Made by a program: the position numbers and the translations under genes
From: an uncultured Poribacteria bacterium
Lineage (GTDB): Bacteria; Poribacteria; WGA-4E; WGA-3G
Assembly (NCBI GenBank): GCA_958296135.2
Contig: CATQHZ020000001.1
Span: 1,024,001-1,088,000, forward strand
Length of the DNA stretch: 64,000 nucleotides
Direction: 5' to 3'
Notes under the pieces: generated by a model
Database searches by the model: none
Told to the model about the DNA's origin: nothing
The model's input: only the letters and a program-made list of their open reading frames with translations
Shown here: in pieces, positions 61,920-64,000 of the stretch
Position numbering within the stretch: position 1 is the stretch's first letter
How the letters are laid out: each line of letters opens with the position of its first letter

Positions 61920-62929
61920 AATTGCACGACTTGTCCTGTCTCCACGCTATCGCTAATCGCCTTCAGAACGCGCATGTTCTGATACGCGTCTTCGAGGCTG
62001 GCGTGCGGTTGTGTCCCCTCTTGCAACGATTTCGCCCAATGCTGCATCTCTTCCAGGTACCCGGGCCTACCGATGCTGTGGAGAGCGGTGTTGAGTTCCC
62101 ATTCTTCGGTAGGCGTATCGGCGTATCCTCCGCCGGTGCCGAGCCATGTGGGCATGCGATAGCGGCGCAGCTTCCGCGTCTCTAACACCTGAATCGCCTG
62201 TTCTCCCGTGCCTTTCACGAAGACCATGGTTTCTAAAGCGGGCCCGGTGCCGAGTGTCATCGTGCCGATGCCGCTGTTTTGGTAGCGCAGATTGACAGAG
62301 AGTGATACGGTGCCGGTGGCTTCGTTAATCTCTCCCATCGCGAACACTTCGCTGACTTGTCCCATAAAGAACCGCATGCAGTCGGTGGGGTGAATACCCT
62401 GGTCGAGCATGAAGGGCCATGCGAAAGGCGATGTCGTTTCGCGTAAGCGCGGGCTGGGCGCGAGGTATCGGGTATGATATTGGCACGGCGTTCCGAATTC
62501 CGCTTCTGTCATCAGCTGCTTGGCAATCTGATGTGCGGGTGCGTGTCGCCACATTGTGCCCACCATCCCCGTTTTGCCGGTTTCAGCGGCGGCATCTACC
62601 AGCATTTTCGCGCCTTCAGGGGTAGTAGCTGGTGGCTTCTCCGTATAAATATGATAGCCGCGTTGCAAGCATTCAATGCCGATGTCGCGATGTAGTTTAT
62701 CCTCTGGGCGGCCGACCACGGCGATGGCGTACAGTTCTTCGTTTTTGAGCATTTCATCGTAGTCGGTGTAATGGCGGAGTGCGCCGAATTTTCGGGCGTT
62801 CGCTTGTGCTTTTTCTGCGACGATATCGCAGGTGGCGACAAATTCAAATTCGGGCACCATCGGGATGCACTGTTGTAGTTGCGATGACATTCCGCCGCAG
62901 CCGATGAATGCGATTCGGATGTTGTCCAT
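61916..62929 (-). CDS. Gfo/Idh/MocA-family oxidoreductase
   Basis: AFIGCGG, TEKP, DQGIH; ATGA overlap with the downstream gene. Confidence 0.9.
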   Translation of the reverse strand: MDNIRIAFIGCGGMSSQLQQCIPMVPEFEFVATCDIVAEKAQANARKFGALRHYTDYDEMLKNEELYAIAVVGRPEDKLHRDIGIECLQRGYHIYTEKPPATTPEGAKMLVDAAAETGKTGMVGTMWRHAPAHQIAKQLMTEAEFGTPCQYHTRYLAPSPRLRETTSPFAWPFMLDQGIHPTDCMRFFMGQVSEVFAMGEINEATGTVSLSVNLRYQNSGIGTMTLGTGPALETMVFVKGTGEQAIQVLETRKLRRYRMPTWLGTGGGYADTPTEEWELNTALHSIGRPGYLEEMQHWAKSLQEGTQPHASLEDAYQNMRVLKAISDSVETGQVVQL

Positions 62930-63137
62930 GATGTCTTCTCCAGGTCAGATTGAGGATAGCGAGAGCCGTTTCGTTTTCAGTTTTCGTGCGCTGTCTGGAC
63001 AGCCGCGTCTTCCTGTAGGGCGAAGTTCTGTCCTCTGCCATGTTTCTAACAACTGCTGCAGCGCGATGCAAATAGGGATCACTACTGGGATGCCTAAATC
63101 TTCCTACATCCTATCAGGTTTGCAGGAAATAGTCAAT

Positions 63138-63173
63138 AAAAAAAGGCACCTCGGCGCGTTTCGCCGAGGTGCC
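63138..63173 (-). terminator. Intrinsic terminator
   Basis: ggcacctcggcg-cgttt-cgccgaggtgcc followed by U7 on the minus strand. Confidence 0.85.
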
Positions 63174-63202
63174 AGTTTGTTCAGCGGTGTTCGTCACGCA
63201 GA

Positions 63203-63799
63203 CTAGACTTCGTTTGCGCGATAAGGCGCTAACATCTTACGGAGCTGCCGGATTGCGGCGTTTTTGCGGGATGCCACCGTGCCAATCGGGCATTGGACGA
63301 TGTCCGCGACTTCTTGGTACGACAACCCTTCCAGTTCTGTTAGTTGAAACACCACTTTTTGTTCTTGCGACAGTTTGTTGATTGCAGCGTGGATTTTCTC
63401 GCGCGTTTCCCGGGCAATGATGATTGTTTCCGGGGAGTAGTGCGTATCTGCAATTGCTGTCGCGATTGGGCGGGAGTCGCCCTCATCGTCTTCATCGAAG
63501 GATGCGTCCAACGATTCAAAATGCGGGGTCCGCTGTTCTTTCGCCAGTTGCTTCAAGCAGACGTTCTTGGCGATGTGATAGAGAAACGTGCGGAATTTGG
63601 CGAGTGGCCGGTAGTTTGGCACGCTGCGCCAGAGTCGGAGAAACGTTTCTTGACAGAGGTCTTCCGCGAGCTGCCGGTTTTTGACAAACCGATAGATAAA
63701 GTTTAGGGTGTTTGAATAGTGCCGTTCCGTTAGAATTTCAAATGCGTCTCTGTCGCCTTCTTTGACAGATAGCATCAACTGTTCGTCAGTTTGCTGCAT
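63203..63799 (-). CDS. ECF sigma factor
   Basis: GDRDAFEIL, AEDLCQETFLRLWR, GLSYQEVADIVQCPIGTVASR. Confidence 0.93.
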   Translation of the reverse strand: MQQTDEQLMLSVKEGDRDAFEILTERHYSNTLNFIYRFVKNRQLAEDLCQETFLRLWRSVPNYRPLAKFRTFLYHIAKNVCLKQLAKEQRTPHFESLDASFDEDDEGDSRPIATAIADTHYSPETIIIARETREKIHAAINKLSQEQKVVFQLTELEGLSYQEVADIVQCPIGTVASRKNAAIRQLRKMLAPYRANEV

Positions 63800-63823
63800 G
63801 CTTGTCTCCTCGGTGAGGAGCGT

Positions 63824-64000
63824 TCAAGCGAAGGCGGGCCAACCTCCCTTCTTTCTGTAGTTGTGGTGGGTGCCTGCTCGTTCGCTCCCGGTTCGGTACC
63901 GTCTCCGTTGTTTCAGAGCGGGCTGCGCTTTGAAGCGTTGCCCTAAGCAAGTTCCGGTCCCAATAAGGCGCGCCTGTTCGTCTTCTGACGCGGCGCGGTA
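63824..64000 (-). CDS. Possible 3' end of a gene continuing beyond the window
   Basis: Open frame from 64000 to TGA at 63824-63826; no motif recognised. Confidence 0.35.
   Translation of the reverse strand, partial: YRAASEDEQARLIGTGTCLGQRFKAQPALKQRRRYRTGSERAGTHHNYRKKGGWPAFA

Overview
A gene-dense bacterial chromosomal window. The LamG paralogs with a C-terminal TTTWAxLK tail, PhyH, CRTAC1/FG-GAP, Uma2, Rpn-like genes and dense GTAG/GTAA palindromes resemble Candidatus Poribacteria; this is an inference, not a database result. No rRNA, tRNA, CRISPR array, integrase or intact IS transposase was seen. Main contents: (1) 1-12.4 kb, an uncharacterised membrane operon with a >2400-aa LysM/Ca-repeat/degenerate-M28/double-FtsX protein, a small membrane protein, an OPT-like transporter, a hypothetical, a PqqD/RRE-like protein and a LolD-type ATPase. 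(2) Housekeeping and metabolic genes: trpC, trpD, clpB, a RecQ helicase, an MsbA-like exporter, larC and three sigma-related regulators. (3) An Rpn-like gene with an internal RBS+ATG, plus tandem and orphan copies of its C-terminal module. (4) Two recoding events: a -1 frameshift in larC and a UGA/SECIS selenoprotein of the UGSC type. (5) Four families of REP-like palindromes, several inserted in frame into proteins such as ClpB and RecQ. (6) A sigma54 locus with a ~500-nt hairpin-rich leader, a secreted symmetric six-Cys peptide and its own activator. All product calls come from recognised motifs only.
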